Source of the DNA: Pecten maximus
Taxonomy: Eukaryota
Length of the DNA stretch: 64,000 nucleotides
NCBI RefSeq assembly: GCF_902652985.1
Contig: NC_047021.1
Coordinates: forward strand, 35,216,001-35,280,000
Direction of reading: 5' to 3'
Of this stretch, positions 25,719 to 37,520 are shown piece by piece. A program made the position numbers and the translations under genes. How positions within the stretch are numbered: the stretch's first letter is position 1; every line of letters begins with the position of its first letter. A model generated the notes under the pieces. The model did no database searches. It had not been told where the DNA came from and saw nothing but the letters and a program-made list of their open reading frames with translations.

Positions 25719-27718
25719 ATGGCGGAAGGATTTGTCCGGGAACAGTCGTCGTTAGATGGCTCCAGGAGTCTGGACACTTTAGTACTGGAATGTCCTATCT
25801 GTCTGGAACAGTTGCGACACCCTAAGTCCCTCCCTTGCCTTCATTCATTTTGTGAGGAATGCCTGGGTAGCTACATCACCAAGGAGTTGTCAGGTAAGAT
25901 GGCGTCTTCTTTCTCCTGTCCTGTATGCCGTAAGGTCACCGAGCCGATGAACCCGTCAGAAGACAAGGAAAGTTGGGCTGGACAGTTTCCTACCAACAAT
26001 CTGGCAGTCGAAATGATCCGACATTTACAAAATACGAATACGTTGATCACATGCAAGCCCTGTGAGAAGAAAGGGAACACGAATGTACCAGCAAAGTTTT
26101 GGTGCCATCAAACTAAATCCTACTTCTGTGCAACCTGTAAAATCGACCATCATGACCTGATTCATGAAGAATGCGAACCCGAGAATATCACGGAATGGAA
26201 CAAATCAGATACGATCCGAAGGCAGACGTCGGCTGCTGGATGTGGAAAACACAAAGAGAAATTAGAGTATTACTGTGAAGATCATCAGATTCTTGGATGT
26301 AACAAATGTATCATTGTCGATCACCGGAAGTGTGAGGTGGTGACATCAGTAGACGATTTCCGGGACAAACTGACACCTTCAAAATTTGACAATCTTCTTG
26401 ATGACCTTCGGAAAAGCACAGACGCCATGGAAACATTAATAAACGATGTCGCAGAACAGCTTCAGTCCATGACAAACGATCAAGACATCGCGCTACAAAG
26501 TTTAACAGACATACGCAAAAAGATTAACGAACGTTTTGATACAATTCAGAAAGAGCTTACAGATAAATTGATGGCAATTTTCAAGGAAGAGAAAGAAAAT
26601 CTGGATATATCGAAACTGAAATGTGAAAGATTGATGCTCTCTATGCAAAATACGCTGACGTCATCAAAGAATGCCGCCTTGAAGGACGATTCTGTGGGAA
26701 CGATCTGTCTTTTCCAGAGAGGCCATGCGGAGGTCGAGTCCTGTAAGGAACTCATAAAGGAGTTGGAAAAGTCGTCCAGATCTACCAGTCTGAGACACGA
26801 GTATGACCCTGACATACTGGCCGTCAACACCAAGACAAGCCTTACTATGGGAAAGATAGTCGTTCATCATCAACAGAGGAGACTACCATCTACTGCGTTC
26901 AGTACTCCATTGTCTGAACGTCTGATGAAGATAACGGGAAACTTAAACATCAAAGTTCCCTCTGACAAAAAAGACTGTTCTGCGTTTGGAGTTGTTCTCC
27001 TGTCTGATGGCCGTATTGTCGTAGGAGAATAATATCAAACAACAAAGTGAAGCTGTTTACAGAAAACGGGGATTTTCATTGTGAGGTGGGATTGAGTGAT
27101 TTGCCTTGTGACCTTTGTCGTATTGATGACAATACTGTGGCCGTGATGCTGGTGACTGTTAAAACCATCTGTGTTGTCGCTGTTGAGGATTTAACCTTGA
27201 CCATCTCATCGAAAATCCTTATTCCAAACATAACTGAAAACTGTCTTGGTGTCACACACATCAACACTAATTATGTAGTTGGTACATTATCATCACTTTA
27301 CAGGGTACCAAAAGATGGGGGTAATGCCACAAAACTTTATACAGTTGAATCAAAAGGTCTGCATCTCGCCAGTAATCAGAAGAATGGGTACGTGTTCGCT
27401 AGCTTACACGAATCAACTCCTGACAAGGTGGCCGTGACACGACTGTCTGGCAAGTCCATCAGAGACGTATTGAAGGTCGGCACTGTGAATAGAACAACAG
27501 GATTAGACGTAGACAGGGAAGGTAACGTGTATGTTTGTGGATTCAGTTCAAATAACGTCATACAGATGTCAGGGGATGGAACTAACGTCAGGGAACTGCT
27601 GACGTCATCAGATGGTATCAAATGTCCGAGGGCGATTTCTGTCTGTGGTGATAAAGTAGTGATCACAAGTGGGTATTCAGACCAACGGAATGGTATATAT
27701 ATGTTTCAGCTCATTTGA
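25719..27718 (+). pseudogene. TRIM paralog 2 (~90% aa identical to 7545-9554), stop plus frameshift at ~27030; could encode a 437-aa RING-Bbox-CC product
   Basis: GGAGAATAATATCAAAC replaces GGAGACTATGCAAAC of paralog 1. The propeller continues in another frame (27047-27718). Confidence 0.9.
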
Positions 27719-28579
27719 ATTGCAACACAGAACTAAGGAGATTAAGGAACATTTGGTGGATTCCGAAGGACAATAGATGAGTTTGTATTATTTAGCTACA
27801 CCTGATTCATTCACTATTTTTATAATTTCTATCGCAATCTGCGAATATCAGTAATATACCATGCAATATGAATCCATGAAGCATTATATATTTTTGAGTA
27901 TTTTCAATAAATACATTCTAATTTTATTAGATACTTCTAAAAAAGGTATATGCGTCCATGGTTAGAGCAGCATAGATATTCGTATAACAACACAAAGAAC
28001 TAAGAAACTATAGAAACTATTGTTATTAGTTAATATAATGCTATTTTTCTTGTATCGTCATTTCCTGTGTATTGCGCGCCCGCACAAGCCGAAATAATGG
28101 TTTTATGATTTAAAGTCTGCAGATAGACCGTCTGCTGCGTAATGGAGAATACGTTCTCACAATCAGGGAATCCCCTGCTGTATGTGTATTGTACTCATAG
28201 TTGACATGTGCTGCCTTGACACGTGAACAGTGTCAATAAATGTATTTTCTGCATATGTACCATTTATATTTACATACATAGGTACCATTCATATTTACAT
28301 AAATAGGTACCATTCATATTTCGCACTTGAAAAGCAAGGCGGCATCTAATAGTACACAAGATTCTCACACAAAAAGTTGAATTGGATTTGACATGTAATG
28401 TATGGCCCGCATTAAATATATATATATTTTGGAATACATTTGTTTTGTCAGATAGTTCGCTTCAACAGATAGCCAACAGAAGGCAATTTTTAGATTTTAG
28501 ATTTATAGACAATACACAGGACATTACGAAAGTCTCAATAGTTGTTATCTCAAATATGTCAAAATCCTCTTGGAAAAGC

Positions 28580-29723
28580 GTTTTGGATCTTCCGGAATAT
28601 GGTATGGTGCACGAGGTTTCGTCCGTCCGACAACTTTTAGTTCTCGAAAACTTTAAGAAACTGGATACTTATATATTTTCAGGAGGTACATGAGGCAAAG
28701 TACAGGAAAGATATCTGATATTAATGAACATGACCTTTTCTCAAGTCATTGAAGCCAAATAGCGAAGATTCCTTTGAGATAGGTATATCTCAAGTGCTAG
28801 AAAAGTTGGACGACTGATATTCTACCAGAGGGTACCAATTGTAGGGTGTATTAAGTTTCTTTGTATCAATGATATTGATCTATCTTCAAGGTCAATAAAT
28901 AAAAAGCCCCCTTTGAGAAGTTCTTTAAGATGTGGGATACTCATATTTCTCCAGTAGGTATCTGCTATGATAATAAGTTAGTGCTATTATCATATGAATG
29001 ATATTACCTAGATCCCAGGACAAAGGGGTCAAATATGTTGAAACCGTCAAGAATCCACAATCAAAGTTCCAGAAGACCTAGAGGCCAGATGTTACCTAGT
29101 GTCTTGATTCAGATAACCTTGACCTATTAAAAGGGTAGAGTTCCAATCAAGAATCTTGAGACCAGAAGACCTGATATTTGGCCAGTACGTACTAGCAATA
29201 GGGTGCTGTAATTTTGTTTCGCATAATGTCCTTTACTACCAGTATAAGTCACATGGGTGTAATATTTAACGGTTCTTTGAAGATCTTTGAAAATTTCTCA
29301 AGTTCTGACAGGTCCGGGGCACTGATATGTCTTCAGAAGGTTCCTGATATTGAATGTTTTATAGGTTTTCCCGCGTGAATGTCAAAATTGTCAAGGTCCA
29401 GTTGGGTAAAAACATTTATCTTATTTATTTCATTTTAACAGCTAGCTGATTCTTTACACTTTTCAGTGATATATGAATTGATATGGGATGATTTAGATAT
29501 GTATGAAAAACATCATCGGATGTAATTTTTGGTATCGCAATGCCATGAATTGACTGATAATGCATGAATGCGAAACCCCATGTTACCATTAGCTCTTTTA
29601 GAAATAGTGAATGACTTTCCTTGACACATTGCTAACATAAGGTTGACATAAAATCTCGATATAGCATTTTCCCATTATTCCGCACTACCCATGTGAGCGA
29701 CGGAGGCCTTCTGGGTCTCTTGT
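28580..29723 (+). mobile_element. Helentron-associated (HINE/DINE-1-like) non-autonomous element
   Basis: 5' GTCCGTCCG microsatellite and TGACCT/AGGTCA-rich degenerate internal repeats. 3' end CATGTGAGCGA..GGCCTTCTGGGTCTCTTGTT. A truncated counterpart lies at ~10390-10590. Confidence 0.5.
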
Positions 29724-30139
29724 TCTGATATTATGATTTTTGAATAGCCATTTTAATGACAATCATCGTGGTATATGTTTTTATTTCTATTTTGCGTACC
29801 ATATCTGCTTTCTTTTTGGAGAAATATGTTTTATTGCATTTTTGCCAGTGAAATATTCTTGCTAGGTTTTGACAAAATACTCACTTGACGTTAGCTATTC
29901 ATGCACAGATTATCCGATAACAGCAGAAAACGCTTAAATATGCGCTGATCATTCCTTTCAAAATGGCGCCGTCAAATTGACGTGGTGTAACGTCAAAAAG
30001 ATATGACGTCATTAATGATTCTCGCACTTTTTGACACTATTAATTTTTCGATGTTTTTAACTTTGTTTTTAAGTATATGAAATGCAATAAAAAAAATTGA
30101 ATGGCTTCCCGCTGAATATAACATATATTTCACGAGATT

Positions 30140-31017
30140 GTTAATATATATATATTGATTGTTAATATATATATATTGATTGTTGATATATATGTATTGA
30201 TTGTTAATATAAATATATTTATTATTGATCTATATGTATTGATTATTCATATCTATGCATTGATTGTTAATATAAATATATCGATCGTTCATATCTATGT
30301 ATTGATTGTTAATACATATGTATTGATTGTTGATATATATGTATTGATTGCTAATATCTATGTATTGAATGTTAATATAAATATATTTATTGTTCATATC
30401 TATGTATTGATTGTTCATATATATGTATTGATTGTTAATATATATGTATTGATTGCTCATATATATGTATTGATTGTTAATATATATGTATTGAATGTTA
30501 ATATAAATATATTTATTGTTCATATCTATGTATTGATTGCTCATATATATGTATTGATTGTTAATATATATGTATTGAATGTTAATATAAATATATTTAT
30601 TGTTCATATCTATGTATTGATTATTCATATATCTGTATTGATTGTTCATATCTATGTATTGATTGTTAATATCTATGTATTGATTATTCATATATCTGTA
30701 TTGATTGTTAATATATATGTATTGATTGTTCATATATATGTATTGATTGTTAATATCTATGTATTGATTGTTAATATCTATGTATTGATTGTTAATATCT
30801 ATGTATTGATATCTATGTATTGATTGTTAATATCTATGTATTGATTGTTCATATATATGTATTGATTGTTCATATCTATGTATTGATTGTTCATATATAT
30901 GTATTGATTGTTCATATCTATGTATTGATTGTTAATATCTATGTATTGATTGTTAACATCTATGTATTGATTATTAATATATCTGTATTGATTGTTAATA
31001 TCTATGTATTGATTGTT
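30140..31017. repeat. 21-bp AT-rich minisatellite (~41 copies)
   Basis: Unit TATGTATTGATTGTTAATATC. It explains the spurious IYVLIVN repeat ORFs. Confidence 0.93.
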
Positions 31018-32397
31018 TATAGCTTGTCCTCGTTTTATCGTTTATGAATCAAAATGACGATTTCATTTACATGCTTGTGTTACGAAAATATGTGTATTGT
31101 TAGCCTACTGTTAGATCAGCTGATTGTAGGTCGCTATCTAAATTGTTGTTTTACTAATTATTTATTAAGTATTTACGCTATTCCTATGTATTATATCTAG
31201 GTCAGTATCTAAACCTTGTTATAACAACAATCGCTAGGTCATATTTACGTCTAAGTATCCTCTAATGCTGTCAGAAGTGATTAAATACGTCCTCTTCTGG
31301 GCGCTGACATCTTTGTTTATCTGCCGCTGTGTTAAGCTATGGAAGTACATACGTAGGATATCATTGGTTAATTGTATCCATCGCGTCGTGTCATTGGTCG
31401 GTCGGTTTTACGCTAGACCTCCGATGCGCATGTCTGTTGTCTCAGCAGTCGCATCGGGGAGTCTTCCCCCACTCAGTCATCTGTGCGGCAGCATTATTGT
31501 TTCGCCAGATAGCAAGGAAACATTTTACCCCTTTGGAAGCTCCATCTTTTTGTTAAATGTTTGAAATTGTTAAACGGCACCAGGCACGTTACATTTATTG
31601 ATAAATATCACCAGATTTATTTTTATAAATCATTTAAAGTAATATTTTTACTCCGTCTGCTAGGGGAATAGTTCCCCAATCGGATGCCCCGAATGGAAGT
31701 GACGTATTAGGAGGATTTCCCCCAACATTCTCGGGGAAAGCTCCAAGTCCCCAACTTACGGTCCCCAACATTTAGGACGACCAGAGGCCCCGACCATATT
31801 ATTTATGTAATCTGTAAATACATATAAATATTACTTTAATATATAATAAACATAACACGATTATTTTATATAAATCGTTTGTTATTTCTTTATGAATTCG
31901 GATTGACCTGGGACAAGGAAACTTTGTTTACTTCGTTCATTGTTTACTTTCCTGCTCCCAGTGACATCTGGAGATTACGAACTCATTATTGTCTGCAGCG
32001 CCTTAGGGCTAGTTTCTAGACCCCGTAAAATGCAGCACTTGTCTTCTTTGTTGTTTATATCGTCTTTCTTCCAAGAATGAAAACATGACCACCATTTCTA
32101 CATACTAAGAAAAAGTGATTTTTATTGGAAAAGCTTGGGAACTCAAAAGCAATTGATGAATATTGATGTGTTTGCAATCAAATACCTTTGAAATAACATC
32201 TAACAAGAATCATGTCCTTAAATCAGTTTAAAACACAATTGACAGTAAAAAATGGTCAACTCATTCCGTACCGTTGTCTACTATAGCCGACATAATTCGA
32301 AGCTTCCTCTTTCCCACTGTAGTCGACAGGTTAAGTTGACGTTATTTAAGTGTTGATTTGTTGAAAACAGCACCCGACACATGCAAATATTCATATA

Positions 32398-32448
32398 TTA
32401 AGGTGTGGGGGTAGTGGGAATGAACTGTGTGACAGTAAGGTGTGGGGG
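32398..32448. repeat. Isolated 1.4 units of the 37-bp G-rich minisatellite
   Basis: TAAGGTGTGGGGGTAGTGGGAATGAACTGTGTGACAGTAAGGTGTGGGGG matches units of the 2187-3985 array. Confidence 0.9.
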
Positions 32449-33255
32449 TTGTACGAACGTCAATTGAAGAAGACAAAAAGGTTGAATATCAAGGTTGCCT
32501 CTGACGAGAACAACTGTTGTGCGTTAGGTGTATTGCTCCTGTCCGGTGGTCGTATCGTTGTCGGAGACTATGCAAACAAAAAAGTGAACCTGTTCAAAGA
32601 AAACGGGAAATTTCAATGTTAGGTGGGAATGGCTGATGAACCTTGTGATATGTGTCGTATTGATGAGAACGCTGTGGCAGTGACATTGACAAACAGTCAA
32701 ACAATATGTGTTGTCAATGTCGTGGATTTAACTTTGACACTCGCATCTGAAATAGAAATTTCAGACATTACTGGAAAATGCTTTGGTATCACATACAGCA
32801 GGAACTCGTTTATTGTAGGCACAGAAACCACACTTTACAGTGTATCGAAAAACGGAGGTGAAGCTACAAAGCTCCGGGAAATTGGATCAAGATGTTTGCA
32901 TCTCGCCAGTAATCAGAAGAATGGACACGGCTTTGCCAGCATCGCTACCTCTGTATTTGACCAAATTGCTGTAACACGGCTGTCTGACGGGACTCACACA
33001 GACGTGCTGAAGGTCGGGGTAGTGGATGGTGCAACGGGAATAGATGTAGACAGGGAGGGTAACGTGTACGTTTGTGGAAGAAATTCTGGCAACGTCATAC
33101 AGATGTCAGGAGACGGAACTAATGTCAGAGAACTACTGATGTCATCGGATGGAATAAAAGACCTGAGGGCGATTTCCGTGTTGGATGATATATTAGTGAT
33201 CACAAATGAGTCAGCAGACCAAGAGAACTTTGTATACGTATTAAAGCTTGTTTGA
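32449..33255 (+). pseudogene. TRIM paralog 3: beta-propeller-only fragment with internal stop
   Basis: LYERQLKKTKRLNIKVASDENNCCALGV...GRIVVGDYANKKV...FQC*VGM...GIDVDREGNVYVCG...VLKLV*. No RING/B-box upstream. GAG>TAG at 32620. Confidence 0.88.
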
Positions 33256-34222
33256 ATGATAAAGTATCGATTTGCATCCATAAATCATATGTGGACTCAC
33301 AAAAATACAAAGAGTTTATATTTATTCTACTACATCTGTATACCCGGAATGTACACATTTCACTGATAGAAAAGAAATAATTGCTAATCACATCGAAAGA
33401 ATTCAGCTTACACCATTTTACATGTAAAAGTATTAGTTATGACATAGTTATACATTATCGTCGTAGATTGGGATTCCTAATTCGACACTTTAAATGATGT
33501 ATTTGTATTTATCAAAACTGTAACTACAGGAGTATATGGTTGCTTCAGTATATATGAATTACTGTAATCATGTTAAGAGCTTGTAAGTATTATCTACAGG
33601 TATGATGAAGACAAAGTTCATATCTATTTTTAAGCTGTTGTTTGATGTTTAGAATAATAGATTACACATTTCAACAATTTCAAAAGGCATATTCCAAGTT
33701 GAAATGAATGTCTATCAAGGTCGAGGTGTACAATGCAGACCCAATGAGCCTCTTATGCAGGAAAATGAATATTTTGTTATATTTTGTTTATGTTCAGTTG
33801 GAAATTAATCAATTTTTGATGAAGGTTTAATGATAGGCGGAGCTCAAAAGGATCAAATTGGTTGAAACTTCAACAGTCTTCTTCTTCAGATCAAGATATG
33901 TCATAATCTAGTATACCTCAGAAGTAGAAAGGCATTCAGGTCCGCTATCATGATGGTGAAATTCATTACAGTGGGACATCACATTAACCCCTAGACAGTG
34001 GGTACAGTTTACTATGGTCTACATAGATGATAGGCGGTATTGTGTCTACAAGTTTAGGGATAACAATCTTAGAGCTTGCATAATCTTTTTAATACAGGAC
34101 CCTGAACTTACCCTATGGGCTTAGGGCGTGACCAAAGGAAGAACATTGACTGAAGTTCAATAATGTTCTTAAAATCATACCCAGATATATCGTATCAATT
34201 GGAGGTAAAAACTGCGAAATTA

Positions 34223-34669
34223 GTCTCTTCCTACTGACAAGTTACCTTTACCTACTGACAAGTTACCTCTCCCTACTGACAAGTCACCTCTACCTACTGA
34301 CAAGCTACCTTTACCTTCTGACAAGTTACCTCTCCTTACTGACAAGTCACCTCTACCTACTGACAAGTTACCTCTCCCTACTGACAAGTCACCTTTACCT
34401 ACTGACAAGCTACCTCTCCCTACTGACAAGTAACATCTCCCTACTGACAAGTTGCCTCTACCTACTGACAATTAACATCTCCCTACTGACAAGTTACCTG
34501 TCCCTACTGACAGGTCACTTCTACCTAATGACAAGTTACCTCTTCCTACTGACAAGTTACCTCTATCTACTGACAAGTTACCTCTCCCAAATGACAAGTT
34601 ACCTCTCCCTACTGACAAGTTACCTCTACCTACTGACAAGTTACATCTACCTACTGACAAGTTACCTCT
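34223..34669. repeat. 21-bp minisatellite (~21 copies)
   Basis: Unit CCTACTGACAAGTTACCTCTC. Confidence 0.93.
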
Positions 34670-35706
34670 GGTAAACCTTTTGGTTTACTTTACCATTATG
34701 GTGAATCATTTCATGGCCATGGTAAAGTGAAACATTTCACTATTTTCTTTCTACACTTTTTTTTCACCAAATCCTTTTCAAATTACATTATATAATTCCT
34801 CTAAACACATTAACACATAAAAAATGTCTGGGTGTCAGGTAATTTAAAGTGGCGCGGGGCGATTCACATTACCATGACTATGGTAAAGTGCAGGCGCGGA
34901 TCCATGAATTTGAAAAGGGGGGTCCAGTAATTTGGTGGAAATACGAGCGCCATAGGCACGAGCCGAATTTTTTTCTTCTACGAAAAGGGTCCCAACCGGC
35001 TTTCGTAAATGTCTATATTCTATTAATCCATATAAAACTGTCTTAGTGATGATGTTTGTTTCTGTATAGTTCAACGTCCTGTCAACACATATAATAATTC
35101 AAGGACGGCCTGAAATATGTATGAAATACTTGTGTATTGTGAGAGAGAGAGTCTGGTTAGGGAGGTTGATAATAACAAACGAAATGTAAGATATCCGGCG
35201 TAGACGCCACGTTACTTACAGCTGGGCGATTTGCATGATTTCTCACCTACGTTTGCAGTATCAAAGGAACTCATGAACTTGTCAGTCGATGCGGACAAAA
35301 ATAAACTTTGAAAGAGAAAACTAACCTGGGTATTTGTAATAAACGTATCCAGAGGCTGTAATACAACTCAACGTGAGCGGTAGGAGTATAAATGTATAGT
35401 ATACCCCCTATCTCAAATGTGTAATTAATGAAGTGAAATTGTTAAAGACGATTTCTTTATCTTTGGTTAGGCAACTCGCATTTTGCAAATCGCAACCCGC
35501 ATTTGTAGACGCACAACTGGCATTTTGCAACTGGCATATCGTGTTTTGTAACTTACAACTCGCACTTTCTTTGTAAATTGTAACTAGCATTTTATCTCTC
35601 GCAGCTTAGGAGCATAAAACATTTGCAATGTTTTTATATGATAATTAATGTTTTTATCGACAATGTGGAATGTTATACATCACAACAACAAAACAACTGA
35701 AGACAA

Positions 35707-35947
35707 AACTGGTAAATCACACAGGTTGATGTTTTTGGTCAGGGTTTTTGTGAAACTAGTTATGACATATAACATAAATTTTAGAGCACAGTATATTGAT
35801 GGTTTGTCAAATGAGGTAGCTGATGCTATATCTCGTAAACAGTGCACCAAGTTCAGGGAGCTGGAACCCGGGGCTCAGGAGGGACCAGAGGCCTTGCCAG
35901 AGGGATTTCTGCAGTTGATATCAAAAGTGAATGTCACAGACTTTTAA
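35707..35947 (+). pseudogene. DIRS-type RNase H C-terminal fragment
   Basis: KSHRLMFLVRVFVKLVMTYNINFRAQYIDGLSNEVADAISR matches DIRS RNase H xHIPGxxNxxADALSR. Confidence 0.75.
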
Positions 35948-36831
35948 CGGCATCTCTTGCTAGTAATACACACTCTACATACAATACAGGGTTGAAATGC
36001 TTTGAATCATTTCGGAAAGCAAATGGCTTAGAAATAATATGGCCTCCTAGTGTAGTACAAATAACACACTTTATTGCCTACTTATCACTTAATGGTAAGT
36101 CTCCCGCTACAGCAGGAGCCTATGTGTCTGCAGTTGCTTACCATTACAAAATTAAGGGCCAGGAGGATACTACACAATGTTTCCTTGTGTCAAAGATGTT
36201 AGAGGGAATCAAGAGGTTAAAACATAGAGCGGACACTCGTCTCCCTATTACCTCAGAGTTATTGTTGCGCATTGTCAGAGTGCTTCCGAATATTTGTTTA
36301 AATTCATATGAAGTCAAACTTTTCAAGCTTGCTTATGTTATAGCATATTTTGGTTTATTGCGGGTAGGGGAGATAACTGTTGCAAAAGGGCGCCTACCTC
36401 ATTTAATTGTACAACGGGAGGATGTCACAATAAGTCCCGATGGGAAAAGCATGTCTATTTTTCTTCGCTTTTCCAAAACTGATCAGCTGGGGAAAGGGAC
36501 AACATTAGTTATTCAAAAGACAGCTAGTTCATTGTGTCCTATCCAAAGCCTCCATAAATTGTTGGTAGTTAGGCCAGTCCAGGAAGGCCCGCTATTGTGT
36601 CATTTTGGGGGCGCACCACTCATTCGTTACCAATTTTCAGCAGTGTTACAGAAGTCATTAAAATTGTTAGGTGTTGAGTCAGGGCGTTACCGATCCCATA
36701 GCTTTAGGGTTGGTGGGGCCTCTGCGTTGAAAGTTGCAGGGTATACTGATTCAGTTATTCAAGCAGCAGGTAGATGGAGTTCAAATGCTTTTAAAACGTA
36801 CATAAGAGTTCCAAAGCCTCTATCATATTGA
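35842..36831 (+). CDS. Tyrosine recombinase (integrase) of the DIRS/Ngaro element, intact frame
   Basis: Catalytic set GLLRVGE, SKTDQ, SHSFRVG, GRWSS and FKTYIR. N-terminal ASLASNTHSTY...FIAYL region. True start uncertain because it overlaps the RNase H frame. Confidence 0.9.
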   Translation: MHQVQGAGTRGSGGTRGLARGISAVDIKSECHRLLTASLASNTHSTYNTGLKCFESFRKANGLEIIWPPSVVQITHFIAYLSLNGKSPATAGAYVSAVAYHYKIKGQEDTTQCFLVSKMLEGIKRLKHRADTRLPITSELLLRIVRVLPNICLNSYEVKLFKLAYVIAYFGLLRVGEITVAKGRLPHLIVQREDVTISPDGKSMSIFLRFSKTDQLGKGTTLVIQKTASSLCPIQSLHKLLVVRPVQEGPLLCHFGGAPLIRYQFSAVLQKSLKLLGVESGRYRSHSFRVGGASALKVAGYTDSVIQAAGRWSSNAFKTYIRVPKPLSY

Positions 36832-36981
36832 TTCTAGGTTCATGGCTTATCAAGTTTTTATTGATTTTTGTGAAAAGCATTTCAATCAAATCAAAATTAT
36901 GTCGTTTACAATTTGTGTGAGGCTCATCACCCCCACAAATGGCATTACTGTGTACTTACACCAGTTTTTTACGCCTTTCAG

Positions 36982-37520
36982 TGTGGTGTGTAGGGTCATC
37001 ACTGATTAAGAGAGCCCATTTGGAATCACTGTGAAGACCAGGGGGACCTGGACTTACACTTGAGGAACGCTTTGGCATGAACCTTTGGTGGCAGGGATAT
37101 AGTGGACTTACTTTAACAAAGCTTGAGTCAAAGTTGGTCACTTTGTGTAAAGTCTCTGACAATAGTCCAAAATTTATACTGATTCACTGTGGTGGTAATG
37201 ATGTTGGCATGTTACCAATTGGTGATTTGTGTTGTGCTGCTGTTAGAGTGTTGAGACGTGTCCAGACTATGTCCCCAGACACCAAAATTATCTGGTCACA
37301 TATATTACCTCGCCTAGTGTATAGATATTCTAACAACAATGAGGCCATGGATGGATAAAGCCAGGAAGAAGTTAAATGGTGTTTGTGCTAAAACAGTCCT
37401 GGGGATGGGCGGGCGATATATCAAGCATCCCGGTATAAAATTAAAACACAGGCCTTTGTTCATAGACGGGGTCCATTTTGTCTTTTGGTGGGGAGTAACA
37501 TTTTCTTGAATGACATTCAA
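36982..37520 (+). pseudogene. SGNH/GDSL hydrolase-like ORF of the Ngaro element, disrupted
   Basis: VWCVGSSLIKRA (block I), WQGYSG, ILIHCGGND (block III) and DGVH (block V, after a frameshift). One TGA and frameshifts. Confidence 0.7.

Noticed and set aside
30155-31047. 222-aa, 167-aa and 75-aa repetitive ORFs
   Set aside because: Artefacts of a stop-free 21-bp minisatellite.
34220-34660. SVGRGNL-repeat ORFs
   Set aside because: Translation of a 21-bp minisatellite.
35842-36831. Prophage or bacterial integrase / Crypton
   Set aside because: It overlaps a DIRS-type RNase H frame and is followed by SGNH, the architecture of a YR retrotransposon.
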